DNA of 64,000 bases from Pristiophorus japonicus. Its lineage: Eukaryota. Below, piece after piece: positions 49,558 through 62,515 of the stretch (position 1 is its first letter; every line of letters starts with the position of its first letter). The translations under genes were made by a program, and so were the position numbers. The notes beneath the pieces are model-generated. The model worked only from the letters and a program-made list of their open reading frames with translations. It ran no database searches and was not told where the DNA came from. The stretch lies in contig NC_091980.1 of assembly GCF_044704955.1 (NCBI RefSeq), forward strand, positions 274,474,001-274,538,000, given 5' to 3'.

Positions 49558-51355
49558 TACATAGAAATACATAGAATCTACAGCACAGAATAAGCTATTT
49601 GGCCAAACTGGTCTTTGCCGGTATTTAGATTTCATACCAGCCTTTTCTAACTCTAATTATCTCTCCCCACTCTGCCCCCATATCCCTCCATTCCTATCTC
49701 ACTCAAGCCTCTCCTTGAAAGCATCAGTGTTCTCTACTTCAACCACTCTATATGGCAGCAAGTTCCACATTCTCATCATTCTGTATACAAAGAAATTCCT
49801 CCTAAATTCTTTACCTACCTTTAATGACTATCATATTCTGCCCCCTTATTCTGGATTCATCTACAACTGGAAACAGTTTCTCCACATCCACCCTATCAAA
49901 CACTTCACGATGTTAAAGACCTCTATCTGGTCTTCTCTTAGTCTTCTCTTTTCCAGAGAAAAAAGTTTCAGCCTACTCAATCTTTCCTGACATTTGCATC
50001 CTCTCAATTCTGCTCACATCCATGTAAATGTATTCTGCACTTTAGCCAGTGCTTCAATATCCTTTGTGTAGCATGGAGAAGAGAACTGCACACAGTGCTC
50101 CAAGGCTGGTCTAACCAACGTTCTACATAAATTTACCATTAGCTCCCTGATTTTGTATTCTATTCCTCTAGAAATGAACCCCACTACTTTAGTTGCACTC
50201 TTCTGGGCCTCATCGTTGCTACTGTTAATGATTTACATATCTCTATTCCCAGATTTCTTTGCTCTTCTGTCCCATTTAGTTTCTTGCCTCCCAAGGAATA
50301 AGCGGCCTCCCTTTTCCTCTTGTCAAAATGAACCACCTCACACTTCGCTATATTGAATTGAATTTTCCATTTATCTGCCCACTCTGCAAGTCTGTTTCAT
50401 GTCTTCCTGTCATCATCATCATAGGCGGTCCCTCGAAGCGAGGATGACCTGCTTCCATGCCAAAAAGGAATGAGTTCACAGGTGTTTCAATGAAAGACCT
50501 AATATTCCAGATCCCGAACTACATCTTGGAGGGTGGAAGATGCCTGTGCATGGATTTTTGTAACGTGTGGTGGCCGTTGCACACCAGCCACCACACGGGC
50601 TTGACAGAGCTGGGTCTTGGTCCAGTGGCAGGATTACCCAAGATGACTGGAGACCAGCTCTACTGCACGGACCTAGCGCGCACACATATAGCAGTGTGGG
50701 CTGGCTTGTGCTGCCCCTGGGCCCTCCCCTCTCCTGGGCCTCCGGTCACTTCCTTCTACAAACACTTGCCACTCCTTCGCCCCTCCTGCTGTGCCTGCTC
50801 GCACAGGCTGGCCCGTTCCCAGCCTGCAAGGCCAGCAGCAGGCCGGGGCCATCAGAGGGAGCAGCGTGCGGCGGCAGCATACCAGTGCAGGAGGGCGACG
50901 ACTGCAAGTCAGGTCACTGATTGCAGTACGAGCAGCCGCAGCAGGAGGGGCAAAGGAGCGGCAAGTGTCTTCCTGTATTTTGGTGCTGTCTACCACATTA
51001 TTAGCTATTCCCCCAATTTAGTATCATCTGTAAATTATGACACTATATCTCCTGAGACCAAATCATTTATAAGTACGGTACTGTGGTTGTAGCACAGATA
51101 TCTTGGACACCACTTCCCACTTTCTGCCAATCTGAGAAACTTCCCTTAACTCCTACTCTCTGTTTTCTGTTTTCCAGTCATCTTTCAATCCATTTTGTTA
51201 CTTGGCCCTTAACTTCGCGTGCTCTGACCTTTGTCATGAACCTCTTAAGTGGCACCTTATCGAGGGTCTTCTGAAAGTCCATTAATGCCACAACCACTGC
51301 ATATCCCTTGCCTACTCTTTCTGTTACTTCTTTAAAGAATTTAATAAGGTTGACT
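49558..51355 (-). mobile_element. Old CR1 split by an RTE derivative
   Basis: Tail at 49558; DFQKTLDKVP at ~51270. Confidence 0.7.
50411..50965 (-). mobile_element. Bipartite non-autonomous RTE derivative with an inverted 5' segment
   Basis: (atg)n tail and 3' end like 23855, fused to the 5' region like 26610-26790; TSD tgtcttcctgt. Confidence 0.8.
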
Positions 51356-51359
51356 ATCG

Positions 51360-52135
51360 ACAGCATCATCCAAAATAACGGCAGATTACTCAACGCTTAC
51401 AACACCCAGCTCTACCTCACATCACCACTCTTAACCTCTCCACTGCCTCGGTGTTGTCAGATTGCTTGTCTGACATCCGGTCCTGGAAGAGCAAAAATTT
51501 CTTCTAATTAAACATTGGGAATCATTAAGCTCCTACTGCCTCTTTCATCATTGAATTACTTCAACTCCTTTTATCCACCTTTCCTCCATATCCCCTGATA
51601 CCTTTATCTAATAAGAATCTATTGATCTCAAATTTCTCCAATTAAATATTGGGAAGACCAAGGCCATTGTCTTTGGTCCCCACCACAAACACTGTTCCCT
51701 CGCCACTGAATCCATCCCCCTCCCTGACCACTGTCTCAGGTGAACCAGTCTGTTCACAACCTCATCGTCCTATTTAACACTGAGATGAGCTTCTGACACC
51801 ACATCTGCTCCATCACAAAGAGCGCCTACTTCCACCTCCGTGACATCACTCGTCTTCGCCCTGCCTCAGCCCACCTGCTGCTGAAATCCTCATCCATACT
51901 TTTGTTACCTCCACTCACCTATTCCAATGTTCTCCAAACCGGTCTCCTATATTTCACCCTCCATAAGCCCCATTCATCCATCACTCGTGTTCAGTGACCT
52001 ACATTGGCAACACTTTGACTTTAAAATTCTCATCCTCGTGTTCAAATGGCCTTGCCCTTCCCTATCTCTGTAACCTACATTCTTCCAACTCTAGCTTCTT
52101 CTGCATCTCCCACTTCCTTTACTCCACCATTGACA
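51360..52135 (+). mobile_element. Decayed L2 pieces
   Basis: acacccagctctacctc, ctccaattaaatattgggaagacc, cctacattggc. Confidence 0.65.
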
Positions 52136-52397
52136 TTAAGCTATTGATCTGTAGTTCCACCTCCCTTTCTGAAGATAGGAATTACATTTGCTATCTGCCA
52201 TTTTTCTGGCACTACTCTCTTATCTATTGAATTTTTATATGTGGATACTATTGTCTCGACTATCTCCTCTTTTCTATGAGTATCCTCAGGTTCAATCCAT
52301 CTAGACCTTGCCTTCCTCAGGTTTCTCCAGTATCTCCTTTCTTTTTATTGTAAATGTTCTAATATCCCTCTTCATCTTTTCCATTATTGTCATTTAA

Positions 52398-54180
52398 TAG
52401 GAACAGGAGTAAGCCATTCAACCCCTTGAGCCTGTTCCGCCATCCAATTAAATCATTGCTAATCTGTGACTTAACTTACCCACCTTGGTTCAATAATCCT
52501 TAACACCCTTGTCTAACACAAATCTATCACTCATTTTTTTCTTTCAGGTACTTAACCAACTCCCTTTCGAAAGATTGAGTCTGCCTCCACCACCCTTTCA
52601 GGCACTGCATTCCAGATCCTAACCACTCGCTGGGTAAAAAAACATTTTCTTATGTCGCCTTTGGTTCTTTTGCCAATCACTTTAAATCTGTGTACCCTGG
52701 TTCGTGACCCTTCTGTCAATTTGAACTGTTTCTCTCTATCAATTCTGTCCACTCATGATTTTGAACACCTCTATCAAATCTCCTTTTGATCTTCTCTGCT
52801 CTAAGGAGAATAACCCCAGCTTCTCCAGTCTATGCACGTAACTGAAGTCCCTCATCCTGGAATCATTCTCGTAATAGTACCAGGGATGAGGGACTTCAGT
52901 TATGTGGAGAGACTAAAGAGAACTGGTGTTGTTCTCCTTGGAGCAGAAAAGGTTCAGAGGTGCTCAAAATCATGAACAGTTTTGATGGAGTAAATGAGAA
53001 GAATCAGTAACCAGAGTACACAGATTTAAAGTGATTGGTGAGCAAAACATCCGGAGGCGACTTGAGAAAACTTTATTTTTTTACAAGCAAATCGATGTGA
53101 TCTGGAATGCACTGCCTGAAAGGGTGGTGGAAGCATATTCAATAGTAGCATTCAAAAGAGAATTGAATAAATAATTGAAGGGAAAAAAATTGCTGGACTA
53201 TGGGGAAAGGGCAGGGGAGTGGCACTAATTGGAAAACGTTACAAAGAGGCACGATGGGCCGAATGGCCTCCTGTGCTGCATTATTCTATGATTCTGCACC
53301 CTTTTTTAGGCCTTCACATCCTTTCTAAAGTGCGGTGCCCAGAATTGGACACAATACTCCAGTTGAGGCCGAACCAGTGTTTTATACAGGTTCATTATCA
53401 TTTCCACACTTTTGTACTCTGCACCTCTATTCATGAAGCCCAGGATCCCATGAGCTTTTTTTAACCGCTTTCTCAACCTGACCTGCCACCTTGTGCACAT
53501 ATACCCTTTGGTCTCTCTGTTCATGCACCCCCTTTAGGATTGTAATCTTTAGTTTATATTTTCTTTCCTCATTCTTTCTACCAAAATGTATCACTTCACA
53601 CTTTTCTGTGTTAAATTTCATCTGCCACATGTGCGCCCATTCCACCAGCTTGACTATGTCATCTTGAAATCTATCACTATCCTCCTCACTGTTCATTATA
53701 CTTCCAAGTTTTGTGTCATCTGCAAATTTTGAAATTGTGCCCTGTACACCCATATCCAAGTCATTAAAATATATCTAGAAAAGCAGTAGTCCCGGGGAAC
53801 ACCACTGTATAACTTACTCCAGTCCGAAAAACAACTGTTCACCACTTCTCTCTATTTCCTGTCACTAAGCCAATTTTGTATCCATGCTGCCACTGTCCCT
53901 TTTATTCCATGGGTTTCAACTTTGCTGGCAAGCCTATTATATGGCATTTTGTCGAACGCCTTTTGGAAATCCATGTACACGTCAACCACATTTCCCTCAC
54001 CAAAAAATCCGATCAAGTTGGTTAAACTCAATTTGCCTCTAACAAATCCGTGCTGGCTTTCCTTAATTAATCCACACTTGTCCAAGTGACTGTTAATTTT
54101 ATCCCTGATTATTGTTTCTAAAAACTTCCCTACTACTGAGGTTAAATTGACTGGTCTATAGTTGTTGGGTTTATCTTTAA
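52398..54180 (-). mobile_element. CR1 cluster, with a plus-strand CR1 3' end at ~52875-53292
   Basis: QHGFVRGK, DFQKAFDK, KFADDTKL, RPQLEYCVQFW. Confidence 0.8.
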
Positions 54181-54599
54181 ACCCTGTACACTAGCTTTTA
54201 GTGACTTTTGTATTTGGACCCCAAATCTTTCTGCTCATCCACAGTTCCTAACTTTTCGCTATTTAGAATATACTCTGATCTATCTTTCCGGGAGGGAGCA
54301 AATGAGCTATGCAGGAAACTTTGGGTGTAAATTTCTGTCGGCACGATCAGCGTAGGACGCAGCGTGATTTTGACGCAAATAAGATTGAGGAAAGAAAGAC
54401 TTGCATTTATATAGCGCTTTTCACGACCACCAGACCTCCCGAAGCACTTCAAAGCTAATTAGGTACTTTTAGAAGTGTAGTCACTGTTGTAATGCAGGAA
54501 AATTCCAGGCCTGTGTTATTTAAGTCTTCATCAAAGAGTTGCACTCTGTGTCACTCTTTTTTATCAATGTCACTGAGACTCCAGCAGTTTGACCAGTAC

Positions 54600-55140
54600 A
54601 GGCCTCAGCCCTGCCGCCACCACCACTTCTGCCAGCTGCTCGCACTGTTTACGTAGAGAGGCCGGTCGGCGGTGTGTGTGTGTGTCCCGGGCGCTGATTG
54701 GTTCGTGGCGCTTGACCCGGCGGGGTCACGCCGCACAGGACTATGGTCCATTATCCATCATGGAGGCGATATTTCACGAGAAAGTAAGTTGAGGCGGAAA
54801 TTATTTTTTTTAAATGTCAGCGGCGGCGGCTGGAGGAAAGACCCGTTGTGGCGTTACCGTTCAGTTGAAAAAGGCACCCCCCCCCCTCCCTCTCTCTCCG
54901 CCCAGCCCGCGCGGGTTCGTGATGAAACGGCCGCGGGCGGGAAGCTTTCGAGCTTCGCAGAACCGGCTGGCAGGGGCAAGCAGGGACAGCCCGGGCTTGT
55001 TCCCTCCCTCGGGCCAGCCGGTGGTGGAAAGCTAGACGCCGGTTACTGGGGCCGCTCAGAGCTCGGTGCGGTGGGTGAGCTGAGTCGCAATACAGTCATT
55101 GCACTTAAGTCGGTGTGTTGGGGCTTGGGAGGGCGATTAA
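54600..55140 (+). promoter_or_regulatory. ATXN3 CpG-island promoter
   Basis: CpG-rich; inverted CCAAT (ctgATTGG 54697-701); palindrome TGACCC-n4-GGGTCA 54713-28. Confidence 0.75.
54760..54783 (+). CDS. ATXN3: ATXN3 exon 1 coding part
   Basis: ATG GAG GCG ATA TTT CAC GAG AAA|GTAAGT = MEAIFHEK. Confidence 0.93.
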
Positions 55141-55165
55141 CATCTCAGCCCAACCGCTAAAGGGA

Positions 55166-55333
55166 AACAAAACCAGAAAAATGCTGGCAATACTCAGCGG
55201 GTCAGGCAGCATCTGTGGAGAGAGAAACAGTTAACGTTTCAGGTCGATGAGCTTTTGTCAGAAGTGGAAATAGTTACAGATGTAACAGGTTTTATTTCAG
55301 GTTTCCAGCACCCGCAGTATTTTTGTGTTTTTT
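55166..55333. mobile_element. Penelope-type fragment with partly inverted ends and a degenerate hammerhead core (-)
   Basis: Matches 25368 and 46707; right end is similar to the reverse complement of 25369-25397. Confidence 0.6.
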
Positions 55334-56112
55334 TTGGTATCTTAAGAGAAAGCTGTAGCGACCCGCAGAACCGGCTATTCAACAGATGAGTGTCAAATAC
55401 TATCAAGTAATGTTTATGTAAGTCCTCTGAAATTGATCTTTCCGTTCAGTTCGTTGAAAAGTCAAATAAACCGTTTGCAACAGTTTCTGACCTTTCGTTT
55501 TTGATCCAAACAACTTTAATGATTATCATCAAGCAAGCATAGGAAAACAGTCTGCAGAGTACACCTCTAATTACTATACCTGGTATGACTCAGACAACAC
55601 ACAGGGATCATCCCCACATGGAAAAGTAGGACGTTTAGTCTGAAAGACTGCTACTGCACTGTATAAAAGTACAATTGTATTATAATGGTTGGTAAAGTTG
55701 CTGGAAATATGACTGTTTACACAGTTTTATTCCAGTTTGAATGATTATTCATGGAATACTATGCAAGTTCAGCTGCCTTCATATTAGGTTATTGAATAGA
55801 TAGAATTATTACTCGTTCAAGTAAAATGGTGGTTGTGATTACAATTTGACAAACTTAAATGTATGACTTTAAAATGTGGACTGAATTACAACTGCTCCCT
55901 GGTCCAATTATCCCATGCTCTGAACCTGTTTCATTTGAAGGCAGCACTTTGTCTTGACTCGCAGTGTACAATGGCACGGGCAGTCACTAGTATATCGTAG
56001 TTCTGCTTAATTGTGGTGAATTTCACATTGATTATACAGTTGTTGTTGTTGTTTGGATTCTTTTAGTGTGTATATATTCAGTAAACTTCTGGTAAAAACT
56101 GACCATATTTGA

Positions 56113-57392
56113 TAAGAGCATAAGAAATAGGAACAGGAGTAGGCCATGCAGCCCCTCGAGCCTGCTCCACCATTCAATAAGATTATGGCTGATCTGATCA
56201 TGGACTCAGCTCCACTTCCCTGCCCGCTCCCCATAACCCCTTATTCCCTTATCGTTTAAGAAACTGTCTATTTCTGTTTTAAATTTATTCAATATCCCAG
56301 TTTTAAATGCGCGGCCCCTTATTCTAAGATCATGCCCACTAGTTCTAGTCTCCCTCATCAATGGAAACATCCTCTCTGCATCCACCTTGTCAAGCCCCTT
56401 CATAATCTTATACGTTTCGATAAGATCACCTCTCATTCTTCAGAATTCCAAGGAGTAGAGGCTCAACCTACTCAACTTTTCCTTATAAGTCAACCCCCTC
56501 AAGCCTGGAATCAACCTAGTGAACCTTCTCTGAACTGCCTCCAGAGCAAGTATATCCTTTCGTAAATATGGAAACCAAAACTGCACGCAGTATTCCAGGT
56601 GTGGCCTCATCAATACCTTGTATAGCTGTAGCAAGATTTCCCTGCTTTTGTACTCTGTCCCCTTTTCAATAAAGGCCAAGATACAATTGGCCTTCCTGAT
56701 CACTTGCTGTACCTGCATACCATCCTTTTGTGTTTCATACACAAGTAACCCCAGGTCCCACTGTACTGTGGCACTTTGCAATCTTCATTTAAATAATAAC
56801 TTGCTCTTTGATTTTATTTTTGTGAAAGTGCATGACCTCACACTTTCCAACATTAGACTCCATCTGCCAAATTTTTGCCCATTCACTTAGCCTATCTATG
56901 TCCTTTTGCAGATTTTTTTGTGTCCTCCTTACACATTGCTTTTTCTCCCATCGTTGTATCGTCAGCAAACTTGGCTAAGTTACACTCAGTCTCTTCTCCC
57001 AAGTCGTTAATGTAGATTTTAAATAGTTGGGGTCCCAGCACTGATCCCTGTGGCACCCTATTAGTTACTGATGTGCCAACCAGAGAATAAACCATTTATC
57101 CCGATTCTCTGTTTTTTGTCAGTCAATCCTCTATCCATGCTAATATGTTACCCCCAACCTCGTGAATTTGTATCTTGTGCAGTAACCTTTTATGTGGCAC
57201 CTTGTCAAATGCCTTCTGGAAGTCCAAATACACGACATCCACTGCTTCCCCTTTATCCACCCTGTTCATTACATTTTCAGAGAACTCCAGCAAATTTGTC
57301 AAACATGTCTTCCCCTTCATAAATCTATGCTGACTCTGTCTGACTGAATTTTGCTTATCCAAATGGCTTGCTACTGCTCCTTTTAATAACTT
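56113..57392 (-). mobile_element. CR1 3' part (distinct subfamily)
   Basis: YLDFQKAFDKVPH, KFADDT, RPHLEYCVQFW; tail ttcttatg. Confidence 0.88.
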
Positions 57393-57469
57393 TAAGGCTT
57401 GTGTACGCCCCTGACTCATGCGCACAACAATACAGTATTAGATAAACTGATTAAGTTTATATTGATAAT

Positions 57470-59770
57470 GAAACATAGAAACATAGAAAATAGGTGCAGG
57501 AGTAGGCCATTCGGCCCATCGAGCCTGCACCGCCATTCAATAAGATCATGGCTGATTCCTTCAGTACTCCTTTCCTGTTTTCTCTCCATACCCCTTGATC
57601 CCCTTAGCCATAAGGGCAATATCTAACTCCCTCTTGAATATATCCAATGAACTGGCATCAACAACTCTCTGCGGCAGGGAATTCCATAGGTTAACAACTC
57701 TCTGAATGAAGAAGTTTCTCCTCATCTCAGTCCTAAATGGCCTACCCCTAAGACTATGTCCCCTGGTTCTGGACTTCCCCAACATCGGTAACATTCTTCC
57801 CGCATCTAACCTGTCCAGTCCCGTCAGAATCTTGTACGTTTCTATGAGACCCCCTCTCATCCTTCTAAACTCCAGTGAATAAAGGCCCAGTTGATCCAGT
57901 CTCTCATATGACAGTCCAGCCATCCCTGGAATCAGTCTGGTAAACCTTCGCTGCACTCCCTCAATAGCAAGAATGTCCTTCCTCAGACTAGGAGACCAAA
58001 ACTGAACACAATATTCCAGGTGAGGCCTCACCAAGGCCCTGTACAACCGCAGTAAGACCTCCCTGCTCCTATACTCAAATCCCCTAGCTATGAAGGCCAA
58101 CATACCATTTGCCGCCTTCACCGCCTGCTGTACCTGCATGCCCACTTTCAGTGACTGATGAACCATGACACCCAGGTCTTGTTGCACCTTCCTTTTCCTA
58201 ATCTGCCGCCATCCAGATAATATTCTGCCTTCGTGTTTTTGCCCCCAAAGTGGATAACCTCACATTTATCTACATTATACTGCATCTGCCGTGCATTTGC
58301 CCACTCGCCTAACCTCTCCAAGTCTCCCTCCAGCCTCTTAGCGTCCTCCACACAGTTCACTCCGCCACCCAGTTTAATGTCGTCTGCAAACTTGGAGATA
58401 GTACACTCAATTCCTTCATCTAAATCGTTAATGTATATTGTAAAGAGCTGGGGTCCCAGCACTGAGCCCTGCGGCACTCCACTAGTCACTGCCTGCCATT
58501 CTGAAAAGGACCCGTTTATCCCGCCTCTCTGCTTCCTGTCTGCCAAACAGTTCTCTATCCACATCAGTACATTACCCCCAGTACTATGCGCTTTGATTTT
58601 GCACACCAACCTCTTGTGCGGGACCTTGTCAAAAGCCTTTTGAAAGTCCAAAATACACCACATCCAGTTGTTCTCTCTTGTCCACTCTGCTAGTTACACC
58701 CTCAAAAAAAAATTCCAGAAGATTCGTCAAGCATGATTTCCCTTTCATAAATCCATGCTGACTTGGTCCGATCCTGTCACCGCTTTCCAAATGCGCTGCT
58801 ATTTCATCCTTAATGATTGATTCCAACATTTTCCCCACTACTAATGTCAGGCTAACCGGTCTATAATTACTCGTTTTCTCTCTTCCCTCCTTTTTTTTAA
58901 AAAGTGGTGTTACATTAGCTACCCTCCAGTCCATAGGAACTGATCCAGAGTCAATAGACTGTTGGAAAATGATCACCAATGCATCCACTATTTCTAGGGC
59001 CACTTCCTTAAGTACTCTGGGATGCAGACCATCAGGCCCCGGGGATTTATCGGCCTTCAATCCCATCAATTTCCTGCCTAATAAGGATATCCTTCAGTTC
59101 CTCCTTCTCAATAGACCTACTGTCCCTAGTACATTCGGAAGGTTATTTTTATCATCTTTCGTGAAGACAGAACCAAAGTATTTGTTCAATTGGTCTGCCA
59201 TTTCTTTGTTCCCCATTATAAATTCACCTGAATCTGACTGCAAGGAACCTACGTTTGTCTTCACTAATCTTTTTCTCTTCACATATTTATAGAAGCTTTT
59301 GCAGTCAGTTTTTTATGTTCCCTGCAAGCTTCCTCTTGTACTCTATTTTCCCCCTCTTAATTAAACCCTTAGTCTTCCTCTGTTGAATTCTAAATTTCTC
59401 CCAGTCCTCAGGTTTGTTGCTTTTTCTAGCCAAATTATATGCTTCTTCCTTGGCTTTAACACTATCCTTAATTTCCCTTGTTTGCCATGGTTGAGCCACC
59501 TTTCCCGTTTTATTTTTACTCCAGACAGGGATGTACAATTGTTGAAGTTCATCCATGTGATCTTTAAATGTTTGCCATTGCTTATCCACCATCGACCCTT
59601 TAAGTATCCTTTGCCAGTCTATTCTAGCCAATTCACGCTTCATGCTGTCGAAGTTACCTTTCCTTAAGTTCAGGACCCTAGTTTCCTAATTAACTGTGTC
59701 ACTCTCCATCTTAATAAAGAATTCTACCATATTATGGTCACTCTTCCCCAAGGGGCCTTACACAACAAGA
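57470..59770 (-). mobile_element. CR1 LINE (young)
   Basis: Very similar to the 33405 copy; tail ttttctatgtttctatgtttc. Confidence 0.95.
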
Positions 59771-61044
59771 ATCTCCTGTACAAATGCTGTATACAAATAT
59801 TTACTAATGTTACATGTTTATAGTGTATGTACTGCTTTATTTACTGCTATGTATAACACAGATTGCCCAATTTTGTAAATTATATTTGGATTTGACGCTG
59901 CAATATTTTTTGCATGTTTTTTAAGTTCTATCTGTATTCTAGAAGTGATGCAACCTCTTGCTGTACTTTAAGAAGCTGTTTTCTAGACCTATATTTCAAA
60001 TGAGATTTTTAAAATAATTGATACCCTTTCTCTGGCCATTTCATTTGGAATGTGAAGTAATGAATCATTTTCTACAGATCTAAAGCCTGTATGCTCCATA
60101 CTTGAGACCTGTTAACTTTTAATGCCTGTTACATTGATGTAATTTGACTCTTTACCACTCATTTATTTGGTACTAATTTAATCTTTTTAATCTAATAGAG
60201 AAGATTTATTTAAGCATTGTAAAGGTGCTCAGTACTCTGGGTTAATTGACACATTCATGCATTTGTAATGTAGCAGAAATCTCTGATCTGTCTAGTTTCA
60301 AATCATAAATTTTATCTGAATTTGTAATTAGCTGAGTGGTGTAACAATTTTAATACTGGACTTCTGTTCGCAGCAATCTTGACAATAATTTTTGTATGTG
60401 TGTGTAGGGGCAATGAGGAATACACAAACCCTGTGTCGAGTGTAGGAGGCAGATTTTAAGCGAGATAACTCGCTTCTGATTATACTGATTGCTTATAGGC
60501 AGCCTCGTGGCAGAACAAAATGGTTTGATTGCTTCCTCAAGCAGTATCTGTATGTTTACCACGGCAAAAAAGTCAGTGGTTATCTGTAATGATTGTCCCA
60601 CTAACTTATCTGTTGAGGTTTGCTTTGACCTAGAAGTGTAAGAACCTCCTTTTAAATTGTGGGTGAGGGTGGGGAGTGTTTGCCAGTTGTCTGCTGCTGA
60701 AGGTTGCTTCGGTTTATCCGATTCAACTATTTAGCTCCATGTCGCAATGATGAGCTGGAACTCTATGGTGCTTCGAGTGTGATGTAACCTCACTTGAATA
60801 ATTTGGGATGAAAGGACTTTAAGAATCTCAAACAATTTGCTGTGTTTCATTCAGAGAGCAGATTAATGTATCAGTTAATTACTGTATTGTAATCTCATTG
60901 TTAATTTATTCTTGCTTCTGTATAATTTTACTTTACTTGCCACAGTAAATAATGAATTACTATATAGTTCATCAGTGGGGGGGGGGAGGTTGCAAGCATA
61001 GAGAGAGCTGGAGTATATGGTGGCATCCTGTACTATTTCTGGTG

Positions 61045-61489
61045 CAGGTGCAATGTCCCGAATCCAGAACTCTCGGGACTGAGGCTGTTCCGGATTTTGC
61101 GTTTTGTCAGATTTTGGAACGTCTTTCTGACGTCACAAATCTGGAAACACCCGAGCTCGGGTTCGGGCATTTCCAGATTTCGAAACGTCCGGGGGGGTGT
61201 GGGAGAGGTGCTCAATGTGGAGGTGTTCGGGCGGGGCCCCCCCGCCGTGGAGGAGTTCCTTGTCTGACCCGAGGTAGGTGGAGTCGGGCAACCGAGGTAA
61301 AGGGGAGGATGGGGGGGCCGGGGTGAGGTCGGGCTGCACGAAGTCGGGCCGGGGCAAAATCTGTTTGGCGAGGTGGGGGGAGTCCGGATATCGGAACATT
61401 TTCCGGTTTCCGGACAACCCTGCCATGGATCGGCCCAGATTCTGGAACATTCTGGATTCCAGAACTCCGGATTTTGGAGGTCAAACCTG
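61045..61489. mobile_element. Tigger-like MITE with imperfect TIRs
   Basis: caggtgcaatgtcccgaatccagaa vs right-end reverse complement caggtttgacctccaaaatccggag; TA on the right; repeated tccgga/tccaga motifs. Confidence 0.6.
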
Positions 61490-61825
61490 TATATGCCCCA
61501 ATAGTATAAGGAGTCACTGTTCTATATATTTTGTACATTAAGTCAGAGATAGTAAGGGGAAAAAGTCACTGGTGGGCGTAGTTTATAGTGCAAACTGGTC
61601 TATTGAAATTGAGCTTTAATCCGTATTGGTAAGAGGCCCCAATTGCAATGTACATGTTTTGTCTCCATTGCAGGATTTTTTTTTTAAAATTGAAGTTTAA
61701 TTTTTTGTCACTGCACAAAATACTCAATTGTTTAATGTCGATAGATTTACATAACAGTGCAAGAGACCTCTGTCTCCAGCAGTTCACATGAAAATTGATG
61801 GGTTTTGCTCTGCTTGATTCCACAG

Positions 61826-61990
61826 CAAGAAGGATCCCTCTGTGCTCAACATTGCCTCAACAATTTGCTGCAGGGCGAGTACTTCAGCCCCATAGACCTC
61901 TCTACAATTGCGCAGCAGTTGGATGAAGAGGAGCGAGCAAGAATGGCAGAGGGAGGAACTACTACAGAGGAATACAAAATATTTTTACAG
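61826..61990 (+). CDS. ATXN3: ATXN3 exon 2 (165 nt), Josephin domain with catalytic Cys
   Basis: cacAG|QEGSLCAQHCLNNLLQGEYFSPIDLSTIAQQLDEEERARMAEGGTTTEEYKIFLQ|GT. Confidence 0.97.
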
Positions 61991-62071
61991 GTTTAAAAAC
62001 TACAACTTAAATCAACACCAGTTTTAGCACTGCTGCTCCGCATAGATTGTTTCTGTAAGAACTTCTAACTT

Positions 62072-62515
62072 TTAGGTGTTGGCCATGACTCACCTTTGAG
62101 TCAGACAGTTGTGAGTTCAAGTCCCAATCCAGAGACTTGTGCACATAATCTAGACTGACAGTGCAGTGCTGAGGGAGTGCTGCACTGTTGGAGGTGCTGC
62201 CTTTCAGATGAGATGGTAAACCAAGGCCTTGTCTGCCCTCTCAGGTGGACGTAAAAGATCCCAAGACTTTATTCGAAGAAGAGCAGGAGAGTTCTTCTGG
62301 TATCCTGGCCAACATTAATCCATCAATCATCACTCCTAAAGCAGATGATCTGGTCATTTGTTTCATTGCTGTTTTTGGTACCTTGCTGTGTAAAAATTGG
62401 CTGCTGTTTCCTACATTACAACAGTGACTACATTTCAAAAAGTACTTCATAGGCTGTAAAGCGCTTTGGGACATCCTGAGGTTGTGAATGGTGCTGTATA
62501 AATGTAAGTTATTTT
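62072..62515 (+). mobile_element. Deu-domain SINE
   Basis: Same family as 9135. Confidence 0.8.

Noticed and set aside
60350-60601. KLLSRLLRT, reminiscent of a LINE RT motif
   Set aside because: Too short and degenerate to call
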